Source: Heterodontus francisci (lineage: Eukaryota). From it: DNA of 64,000 nucleotides. Location of the stretch: contig NC_090409.1 of NCBI RefSeq assembly GCF_036365525.1, positions 39,504,437-39,568,436 on the forward strand, written 5' to 3'. The notes beneath the pieces are model-generated. The model did no database searches. It saw only the letters and a program-made list of their open reading frames with translations, and had not been told where the DNA came from. Below are positions 48,625 through 59,000 of the stretch, piece by piece. Positions within the stretch are counted from its first letter, which is position 1, and each line of letters starts with the position of its first letter. Made by a program: the position numbers and the translations under genes.

Positions 48625-50568
48625 TTAATTGTCTATCTTTTTATACAGCAAGTTTGAATACTGATTGCCTTTAAGGTAGCTGTCCAATCTGCGTTCATAC
48701 ATCCTCTCACATTGCTTCATCAATTTCAGTTTCCAAATTAGGTCTGTTACAGATAACACCATGATACCCAGGACATGAGAGAGAATTCTAAACCAGGGGT
48801 GTATCTGCACATTTGACCCCCAGTTCCACAAGTCCTCCCACCAAGCTGCTTCGACTGTTCCAGATTGTAGTTATCATTTCTGTCCTTTATGTATGTCTAC
48901 CAACTCCATCTCTCCTACTCTGCTTGGTATTTGTGGATTGAAACTGAACTTAACTGTGGCTCACCAGACAAGTCTGGTTATGTCTGTACTGGTACTCCTT
49001 CGCCATGGCTGTTAAGCAATATCTCCCTTTCCCATATAGGCCACATGGGTCAGCCCCGACAGTGCTTTCCTTGTCTCCATGGTGCAATTTACAGCAACAT
49101 TAAATCCACATTTTGACTCTGCTGTTCTATATATAGGATGAGGACATGTGACCACCTGGCTTCCCAGCCTACACTCAGACAAGGTTGTCCCAGTTATCTC
49201 CTTCCAATTTCCACAACATAATGTAATATAACATAGTATCTTATAGGGGTAGTAAGGGGAAAAGATTACATATTTTCTACATCGTACAATTGCATCCCTA
49301 ACTTATCTCTTGGAATTACAGGTATTCCCGACGCTACTCCAGTACTCCGATCTTGTATTTACACACTCCTGACCTTTCCATACCTTAAGTTTTCAGATTT
49401 GGCACCTGGTAATTTTAATCATTTGTGTAACTAGCTGAGTCCTCCAACTGGGTGTCATTTCTCCAAACTGACAAATGTCCCACACCAATTTGATTCAAAT
49501 TTTCCTGAGTTTGTTCTAGCATCTACGAACCGTACGAAATACAAACACTTTCATTATTTGAAATGTCGTGGACCTCCTTTCCCTTTTCTATTATATCATT
49601 AATAGTGTGAGCATGACCTTCCAGTACCCTTACCAGTCCTGTCACTGCATTCGTCAAATCCTGTCCTCCTTTAGCTACACCACTCTGTCCCTTTTGCAAA
49701 ATATCCTTTACTAGCTGGCTGAGAGTTCTAACCTTTTGGTCCATGCTTTCCAAATCTATAGTACTGACAACTGAAGTTCCTGTATTAAAGACTGTAGCCA
49801 CGTCACTCACTAAACTACATTTACATCTCTTTCCCTTTATTATTCCCTCGTCACCGAACTCTTTTCCCAGCAATTGTTGCAGTAATACCTTGTACAACTC
49901 TCAGGTCTTCTCAGGGCACCAGTCATGGATCGGAGATATTCAATATTACTGGTAACAATTGTATATCACATACAATTTTCTTCGTTTTTATTATCGCAAG
50001 TCCATTTTCGGGTCCTGCAGTTAAGGCAGGACAAGGGAGATCAGTCACTTGTGGCTGCTGGGTTGTAACCTGACTTGTTGGTAAATCAGATGTGGGGGGT
50101 AACTGTGGGGGTTGGTGCCTCTCGCCCGAATAACCCCACGATTTGCAATAGGGGATGTCCTTCTCTATTTTTTCCGAAACATTCAAGCTCGTATCTCCTA
50201 CCGTTGGGTAATTTCACACACATTGATCGGTCTCTGCAGTTTTCATCATTGCACTGCCAGACAGGGAACTCGGCTCGGGACCTTGGAGTGGCCCTAATAA
50301 TGGTGGTCTCTTTTGGGCATTCAATACATACCCATTGTCCACTAGTGACGTTTACATTGAAAGTCATTAACTCGTCACGAACCAGTTCATCTTTCTGTAG
50401 CTGCAGGTAGTTGCCATGTATTTCTACTGGTCGGGCGATGTCATCCGGATCTCCTCCCCCGAACCAGTTTCCGTTACAGCACTTGGTGTTATACGGTCTG
50501 TCATCCTCCACCGCATTGACTGCCACAATCGCAGCAACTGTCACAAGTGATAGATGCCAAAGTTTCAT
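48625..50568 (-). pseudogene. Retroviral env-like glycoprotein pseudogene
   Basis: Splice acceptor ttgcag| 8 nt before the ATG. Signal peptide MKLWHLSLVTVAAIVAVNA, Cys-rich domain, P/T-rich hinge, decayed furin site KRCKC, fusion-peptide/heptad region, Cys-rich CPHPIY..CGF..NC, membrane anchor WNWG..HPWFRILSHVLGIMVL. Several frameshifts. Confidence 0.75.
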
Positions 50569-50989
50569 CCTGGTACCTGCAAGATCAAGATATCAGCTGC
50601 TCATATTTACAGTTCTGATTCATGAATGATGAATACAGTTTGGTTATGAATTCCAAGTACCAAAATCTGTCAAATTCCCTGTCCTGATGCCAAGGACAAC
50701 ACAGGTTCAACTAGTTCACAACCAAAACACTCAAGTTTCCCACAAATGTAACATACATGTAAAAAAAATAGATCCAGTAACAGACTCATGCTTTCATAGA
50801 GGCCAGACAACAAAGAGTAAACAAATATCAGTTCGACAGAACACATGCTGCACATCCCAAGGACATTCATTTCATTCATGGAAGCTTTCAACATTCACAC
50901 ATTCGAATCAAAAGACAAAGTAACCTCTTTTTACTCACTTGAAATTTCACTAAAACAGTCTTTTTGTAACTCTGTCATAAACCTAGTCA

Positions 50990-51943
50990 TTAGCCGTCTG
51001 ACCCCCACCTGTTCTGGTACCATAGCTAAGGCCAGGGTGGGGGCTGAAGGCTCGATTGGGGGGTTTGGGCGGAGGTCATCCCAAGGACTAACTATCGTCA
51101 TGGTACTAGCTGGCCTTATCTGCCAAGTCGGCCCGATTAAAGTCATCCTTCTCCCTATTCAAAGGTGCATATTATACCCCTTTGTGCTGAGAGCTGAGAC
51201 TGTAGTTTGCTTCTCTCCTGCTAACATTTTGTATGAACCGCTGACTGGTACGCCCGCTCCTGCTGGGAGCGGTATAGAACCGTCACTGTGGTCTGTAAGT
51301 CAGAGCATTTCTGTTCAGCTCTTGTGAGCTGTTCCTTCACTCTCTCCTCTTCCTCCCTCTCAGCCTGACTGAGACTGTGTTCAGCCTTTCCGGCCTGAGA
51401 CTGGAATTTGCTCATGTGAACCATCTGTGCTGCACTAACTGTTTCTGCCTTCAGGACCCTATCACACCACTCAGCAGTGGATTTCACTAACTTCAGCACC
51501 CGTTTGGCTCGGTGGGTACGCATATCCTCCCAAAGCTGTACCTCAACGGACCCCTGGCCCATGTGCTGATTAACTGCAAAATCTATGCACGAGACAGATC
51601 CCTGGCCCATGTGCTGTTTAACTGCAAAATCTATCCACGAGACAGACCCCTGGCCCGTGTGCTGTTTAACTGCAAAATCTATGCACGAGACAGACCCCTG
51701 GCCCGTGTGCTGTTTAACTGCAAAATCTATCCACGAGACAGACCCCTGGCCCGTGTGCTGTTTAACTGCAAAATCTATCCACGAGACAGACCCCTGGCCC
51801 ATGTGCTGTTTAACTGCAAAATCTATCCACGAGACAGACCCCTGGCCCGTGTGCAGCTTAACTGCAAAATCTAGCCACGAGGGCCACTTGATGTTCAAAT
51901 ATCTTCGGACATCCAACTCCCACTCTGGCCTGGCCAGGGCCAT
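50990..51943 (-). pseudogene. ERV gag N-terminal fragment with in-frame 48-bp tandem repeat (~51551-51880)
   Basis: ORF begins ~100 nt after the PBS; (SWIDFAVKQHTGQGSV) x~7, then coiled coil and a Pro-rich PIEPSAP segment. Gag identity is inferred mainly from position. Confidence 0.6.
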
Positions 51944-52043
51944 AATTACTCAACTGTTCACCAATCCATTCAACTCAACTTAGTTTTTAAATTAATTTGA
52001 ACGCGGCAAGACTATTCAAAATAACTTGAAATAGCACTACAAC

Positions 52044-52064
52044 CGAGCCCACCCAGGGGCGCCA
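52044..52064 (-). other. Primer binding site complementary to tRNA-Asn 3' end
   Basis: TGGCGCCCCTGGGTGGGCTCG versus the complement of vertebrate tRNA-Asn(GTT), TGGCGTCCCTGGGTGGGCTCG: one mismatch. Lies 4 nt from the LTR. Confidence 0.85.
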
Positions 52065-52068
52065 ATTA

Positions 52069-52677
52069 TGTTGTGCCTAATCTGCACTTACTCTGAAAGA
52101 ATTCAAGAAAGCGGACTGGTGGAAGGTCCATCAATGTTTTATTCACACATTAAATCATCAAGTACAAGCTCTCACTACTTGCACAGTATACTACCCGTCA
52201 GGACACAAGGTGATCAGTCTTAGACTTGTGGCTGCTCTTCTGTTTGGAGTCCTTGACTCGGGGTATCTTCCAGTGTTCTTCCCTGGGGTTCTCATGTCAT
52301 CCCAAGTTTCAGTCAGGGGTTAAATCTGGTTTCCAAGACCCTCCCCTCTTACCTAAGCATAGGGGTCTGGTATAATAACCATGATAATTCCTTATTTGAT
52401 TCAGTGAGAACCTGGTCAGCACTTGCTTCTTTACACTTTCCCATTGTCTACTGTGGGTCTAATCATATCTCAAATCCATAGTAACTCCTTTATCTGGATT
52501 GTGCAAGGACACTGGTAGCATCTCCTTTCAGCCTGTTTTTCTGTACGGTCTACAATTCCTTGGCCATCTGTGCTGTTCCCCTTTCTACCGAGTGCCCCCC
52601 CTGTGTTTCAACATACTGTATTGTTGTGTGACTAGCCCTTTGTTTCAGCTAAGTTCTGTGTTTCTACTTGTTCTACA
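52069..52677 (-). repeat. ERV 5' LTR
   Basis: TG...CA termini, adjacent to the PBS. Confidence 0.88.
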
Positions 52678-52879
52678 GGAGAACAATGACAGACTGGGGT
52701 GGACATTGTGACCAATATGTTTACAATGGGAAACACACGATTCAAAGCGCTGTCCAGCTGCTCTGTTGGAGACAAACATCCATTTCTGACATTTGTTTCT
52801 CAGCTGCTGTTCACAGCTACTCCTGCAAATGCCAGTGTTCCCCATCACACTGGATATCCTTACAGCAAACAGTGCACCA

Positions 52880-53570
52880 TTTAACAATGTGGTCCCCTCT
52901 GCACTGAGGAGACCAAATGCAGACTGGGTGACCGCTTTGCAGAACACCTCTGCTCAGTCCGAAAGCATGACCGAGTTTCCGGTTGCCATTTCAACATCCC
53001 CCCCCCCCCGCTCTCATGCCCACATCTCTGTCCTGGGATTGCTGCAGTGTTCCAGTGAACATCAACACAATCTCGAGTAACACCATCTCATTTACCGATT
53101 AGGCACACAACAGCCTGCCCAACTGAACATGGAGTTCAATAATTTCAGAGCATGACGGGGAGTTGCGGGGGGGGGGGGGTCCCTTTTTATTTTCAGCTTT
53201 GTTTTATTTCATTTTGTTTCTTTTTTTTGTGTACCATGTACCTACCCACTGCTTTATTCCCCCCATGTTTGTTCTTGGGGCTGTCCAGTTTTCTGTCCAT
53301 TAACACCCTCTCTGCACTAACACTTTGTCTTTCACCACACTATTAACTCACCCTTTACCTTTGCTCCATGACCTTCTGGTCAGTTACTCTCTGTGACCTT
53401 GTCCTATCAACACTTTCTCCTTTTATCTCTTACCCCACCCCCTGCTTTACTTTGCTTATAACCTTTTACATTTCTAATATTTGTCAGTTCTGATGAAGGG
53501 TCACTGACCTGAAACATTAACTCTGCCAGACCTGCTGAGTATTTCCACCATTTCTTTTTTTATTTCACCG
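52880..53570 (+). mobile_element. Penelope-like 3' fragment with hammerhead core (53490-53520)
   Basis: Homologous to 31570-32253; ctgatgaagggtcactgacctgaaacatt. Confidence 0.75.
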
Positions 53571-54747
53571 TTTAACTGTCTCAATTCCCACTCCAGTAAA
53601 TGCTCAGTGTGTAAATCCCGGATCACACTGGATCCTGAGCGGCCGCATCTCCTCTGTATAACATCCAGGCTGAAATATCACCTCAAACAGACATTTGTGA
53701 ATCAGACTGCGCGCTAAAATGGCGGCCCCTCCTCCCCCCCCCCCCCCCCCGCCCGCTTTCTTCCTCCTCCACCATTGGGCGAAGTGCCAGCCAATCAGCA
53801 GCTGTCCTCAGCCCCCCCCCGTGGCAGGGAAGGTCACATGGGACCAGGGACCAATGGAAAATCCGGCCTTGCAGTGTCGTCACAGATACACGAAACACTG
53901 ACTGGCGGAGCTGCACCTCGGGCTGCCTTTCTGATTGGCTGGGAAGCCTGAGTGACAGGCCGGGCGCCGCGTATTTCCAGCCTTGCTTGTTTTTTTTCAC
54001 TGTGAAGGGACTCCTGACAACGCAGCGGCCTGCTGACGTCCACATGCGCAAACGGTCTCCTGCACTGAGGTGATGCGCATGTGCAGCTTGCCTTGCCGGT
54101 GCATGGGCAGACAATCTTTCTCCCTCTATCTCTCTGTCCGGAGGTGCGGTCCTTCTGATGAAACTTTAAAGAGCGCAATGTCAAACATGTCCGTAATGTG
54201 CTGAAGCTGTTTTTCTGTGATAAATTGAGCAGCGCCATCTTTAATCCTGGCAATGCCTGAACGTCTATCAATGACGTTTGGTGGATGAGTCTGTATTTGC
54301 GCATGTGCTAGTACAGCGCCACCTAGTGTGATGGGCAGCGACACCCACATTCAGTCATGTGAATTCCTGACACAATGAAGACTATTCCCCAGTAATATAC
54401 ACATTACTGATTTCAGTCCCAGACACCCAGACAAATGTTCTTCCCAGGAGACAGCTAACTGCAGTCTGTATAAATTTACAAGGTTAGCCTGTCTGAACTT
54501 TGCAGGGAGGAAAGCAGGAATACAGAAATTTCACATGATGTAGGATGGAGCTTTGCATCTATCAGAGAGGGAGCAGCAATTTCATCTGAATGAAGGAAGG
54601 TCCTGTTCAGTAGCTCCCTGGCTGCATCTTAAAGAGCAGTGAACTACCATTGGATTTGGGACTGAGGATTACAGAATCACCCAGGCTTCAACACTGAACC
54701 AACTAATCCGAGCTCTGCTGAAATGAGAGAGCAGTCACAGCGTTTAC

Positions 54748-54898
54748 CTGAAACAGCAGCAACAGCATTTAGCAGCAGCAGCAGGAGGAGGAGTTTCTGG
54801 AAGCTGGGTCCCTGCAACAAGAAAACACAGTTACCCCCCTTTACCACCGTTTCTTGCTGCTCATGTCCATTTCTGAGCCGGGACAGGACACAGTCCAT
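54748..54898 (-). CDS. Leader exon copy 3 (orphan or alternative first exon; unexpanded repeat)
   Basis: MDCVLSRLRNGHEQQETVVKGGNCVFLLQGPSFQKLLLLLLLLNAVAAVS, intact phase-1 donor, single ACCATGG unit. Confidence 0.55.
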
Positions 54899-55049
54899 GG
54901 TCCCGCTCCCCATTACTGACCCTCCCGCCCCCCGGGTGTGAGACACTGACAATACCTGCAGCGCATTTCCAACCATTTTCTGACAGAAGCTTCACCATTA
55001 TCACAAACCCTCCTCCCTTCTCAGTGTAGGAATGGTCCAGTCATTAAAA

Positions 55050-55350
55050 ATGGGGCTCTGATGAGGAAGTAGAGACCTCCTCACAGACTTGTGCAAGCAG
55101 AATGGACGGCTGTTCAGCTGATTGTAATACCACCTCAGTATCGCCAGAAACTGCTAAGGATAGCACATGAAATTCCTATAGTGGGACATGTGGGGATCTG
55201 GAAGATCAAATCACGTATAAATCAACATTATTACTGGCCAGATTGTGGGAAAACTGCATCCTGCCAGAAAACCAGCACCTCTAATTCCCATCCCAATTAT
55301 TGGAAAAACATTTAGCAGGGTGTTGGTAGACTGTGTAGGACCTTTACAAA
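55050..55350 (+). mobile_element. Gmr1-like gypsy integrase fragment
   Basis: AHEIPIVGHVGIWK..QHYYWP..FSRVLVDCVGPL; homologous to 5030-5360. Confidence 0.8.
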
Positions 55351-56025
55351 CACATTCCTTATGGCAGTTCCCTTGGCACCAGCATGGCATGGACAGTCCT
55401 GCCTATTCCCCTGTCCCTTACAGTGTGAGGGACTGAAACCTCACCCAACATCACAGGTCACCTGTGGTTCAGTGGGGAGCTCGAGTCCAAAGGTCGTGGG
55501 TTTACAGACTCACTCCAGAGACCTGAGCACATAATTCAGACTGAAATTCCCAGTCCCGAGGGAGCACCGCAGTGTCGGATGTGCTGTACAGAGGGAGTGC
55601 CACATTGTCAAAGGTGCTATCTTTCAGATGAGATGGTAAATCGCGGCCCCGCCTGCTCTCTTTGGTAAAAACACCCATTGCCAATAGTAAAAAAAAGTCG
55701 AGGCCCTCTTCAACCATCAATCAACATCATTAAAAACAGATTATCTGGGTCATTATTTCATTGCTGTTTAGGGCAGTTGGCTGTGTGCAAATTGGCTGCT
55801 GTGTTTCCTACTTTAAAACAGTGAGATTTGGGCCAAAATAAATGTTCATTTCAAAAGTACTTATTGCTGTAAAACGTGATGGGGCGTCCTGTGGCTGTGA
55901 AAGGCGCTATATAAAGGCAAGTTTTTCGAAGTTGTCCAAGGTGCCCCTGCCATACCGCAGTGTGATCATGTGGTGGCGCTGTTGCTCCGTTTGCAGTTGA
56001 GTTGGACAGTGGCGTCATCTAGTGG

Positions 56026-59000
56026 CTGAACCCCTTTAATACAGGAACCAGACTCTGGGTCGATCCGACTGAACCCCTTTAATACGGGAACCGGACTCTG
56101 GGTCGATCCGACTGAACCCCTTTAATACAGGAACCGGACTCTGGGTCGATCCGACTGAACCCCTTTAATACGGGAACCGGACTCTGGGTCGATCCGACTG
56201 AACCCCTTTAATACAGGAACCGGACTCTGGGTCGATCTGACTGAACCCCTTTAATACAGGAACCGGACTCTGGGTCGATCCGACTGAACCCCTTTAATAC
56301 AGGAACCGGACTCTGGGTCGATCCGACTGAACCCCTTTAATACGGGAACCGGACTCTGGGTCGATCCGACTGAACCCCTTTAATACGGGAACCCGACTCT
56401 GGGTCGATCCGACTGAACCCCTTTAATACAGGAACCAGACTCTGGGTCAATCCGACTGAACCCCTTTAATACAGGAACCGGACTCTGGGTCAATCCGACT
56501 GAACCCCTTTAATACGGGAACCGGACTCTGGGTCGATCCGACTGAACCACTTTAATACAGGAACCGGACTCTGGGTCGATCTGACTGAACCCCTTTAATA
56601 CAGGAACCGGACTCTGGGTCGATCCGACTGAACCCCTTTAATACGGGAACCGGACTCTGGGTCGATCCGACTGAACCCCTTTAATACGGGAACCGGACTC
56701 TGGGTCGATCCGACTGAACCCCTTTAATACAGGAACCGGACTCTGGGTCGATCCGACTGAACTCCTTTAATACAGGAACCGGACTCTGGGTCGATCTGAC
56801 TGAACCCCTTTAATACAGGAACCGGACTCTGGGTCGATCCGACTGAACCCCTTTAATACAGGAACCGGACTCTGGGTCGATCCGACTGAACTCCTTTAAT
56901 ACAGGAACCGGACTCTGGGTCGATCCGACTGAACCCCTTTAATACGGGAACCGGACTCTGGGTCGATCCGACTGAACCCCTTTAATACGGGAACCAGACT
57001 CTGGGTCGATCCGACTGAACCCCTTTAATACAGGAACCGGACTCTGGGTCGATCCGACTGAACCCCTTTAATATGGGAACCAGACTCTGGGTCGATCCGA
57101 CTGAACCCCTTAAATACGGGAACCAGTCTCTGGGTCGATCCGACTGAACCCCTTTAATACAGGAACCGGACTCTGGGTCGATCCGACTGAACCCCTTTAA
57201 TACAGGAACCGGACTCTGGGTCGATCCGACTGAACCCCTTTAATACGGGAACCGGACTCTGGGTCGATCCGACTGAACCCCTTTAATACGGGAACCGGAC
57301 TCTGGGTCGATCCGACTGAACCCCTTTAATACAGGAACCGGACTCTGGGTCGATCCGACTGAACCCCTTTAATACAGGAACCGGACTCTGGGTCGATCCG
57401 ACTGAACCCCTTTAATACGGGAACCGGACTCTGGGTCGATCCGACTGAACCCCTTTAATACGGGAACCGGACTCTGGGTCGATCCGACTGAACCCCTTTA
57501 ATACGGGAACCGGACTCTGGGTCGATCCGACTGAACCCCTTTAATACGGGAACCGGACTCTGGGTCGATCCGACTGAACCCCTTTAATACGGGAACCGGA
57601 CTCTGGGTCGATCCGACTGAACCCCTTTAATACGGGAACCGGACTCTGGGTCGATCCGACTGAACCCCTTTAATACGGGAACCGGACTCTGGGTCGATCC
57701 GACTGAACCTCTTTAATACGGGAACCGGACTCTGGGTCGATCCGACTGAACCCCTTTAATACGGGAACCGGACTCTGGGTCGATCCGACTGAACCCCTTT
57801 AATACAGGAACCAGACTCTGGGTCGATCCGACTGAACCCCTTTAATACAGGAACCAGACCCTGGGTCGATCCGACTGAACCCCTTTAATACGGGAACCGG
57901 ACTCTGGGTCGATCCGACTGAACCCCTTTAATACAGGAACCGGACTCTGGGTCGATCCGACTGAACCCCTTTAATACGGGAACCGGACTCTGGGTCGATC
58001 CGACTGAACCCCTTTAATACGGGAACCGGACTCTGGGTCGATCCGACTGAACCCCTTTAATACGGGAACCGGACTCTGGGTCGATCCGACTGAACCCCTT
58101 TAATACGGGAACCGGACTCTGGGTCGATCCGACTGAACCCCTTTAATACGGGAACCGGACTCTGGGTCGATCCGACTGAACCCCTTTAATACGGGAACCG
58201 GACTCTGGGTCGATCCGACTAAACCCCTTAAATACAGGAACCGGACTCTGGGTCGATCCGACTGAACCCCTTTAATACAGGAACCGGACTCTGGGTCGAT
58301 CCGACTGAACCCCTTTAATACAGGAACCGGACTCTGGGTCGATCCGACTGAACCCCTTTAATACAGGAACCGGACTCTGGGTCGATCCGACTGAACCCCG
58401 TTAATACAGGAACCAGACTCTGGGTCGATCCGACTGAACCCCTTTAATACAGGAACCGGACTCTGGGTCGATCCGACTGAACCCCTTAAATACAGGAACC
58501 GGACTCTGGGTCGATCCGACTGAACCCCTTTAATGCAGGAACCGGACTCTGGGTCGATCCGACTGAACCCCTTTAATAAGGGAACCGGACTCTGGGTCGA
58601 TCCGACTGAACCCCTTTAATACGGGAACCGGACTCTGGGTCGATCCGACTGAACCCCTTTAATACAGGAACCGGACTCTGGGTCGATCCGACTGAACCCC
58701 TTTAATACAGGAACCGGACTCTGGGTCGATCCGACTGAACCCCTTTAATACAGGAACCGGACTCTGGGTCGATCCGACTGAACCCCTTTAATACAGGAAC
58801 CGGACTCTGGGTCGATCCGACTGAACCCCTTTAATACAGGAACCGGACTCTGGGTCGATCCGACTGAACCCCTTTAATACAGGAACCGCACTCTGGGTCG
58901 ATCCGACTGAACCCCTTTAACACAGGAACCGGACTCTGGGTCGATCCGACTGAACCCCTTTAATACAGGAACCGGACTCTGGGTCGATCCGACTGAACCC

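Larger units (their letters stand above)
47568..52677 (-). mobile_element. Defective endogenous retrovirus: LTR-PBS(Asn)-gag fragment-env pseudogene-PPT-LTR, no pol
   Basis: Paired LTRs 52069-52677 and 47568-48190. TSD GGAG (47564-47567 / 52678-52681). PBS 52044-52064. G-rich PPT ~48191-48220. Empty site visible at 32258-32305. Confidence 0.88.

Noticed and set aside
50086-50568. Domesticated secreted env-derived gene
   Set aside because: The 160-aa open piece ends at a frameshift and the rest of env has many stops and CpG decay; no sign of preservation.
52044-52064. tRNA-Asn gene
   Set aside because: Only the 3'-terminal ~21 nt including CCA, adjacent to an LTR: a primer binding site.
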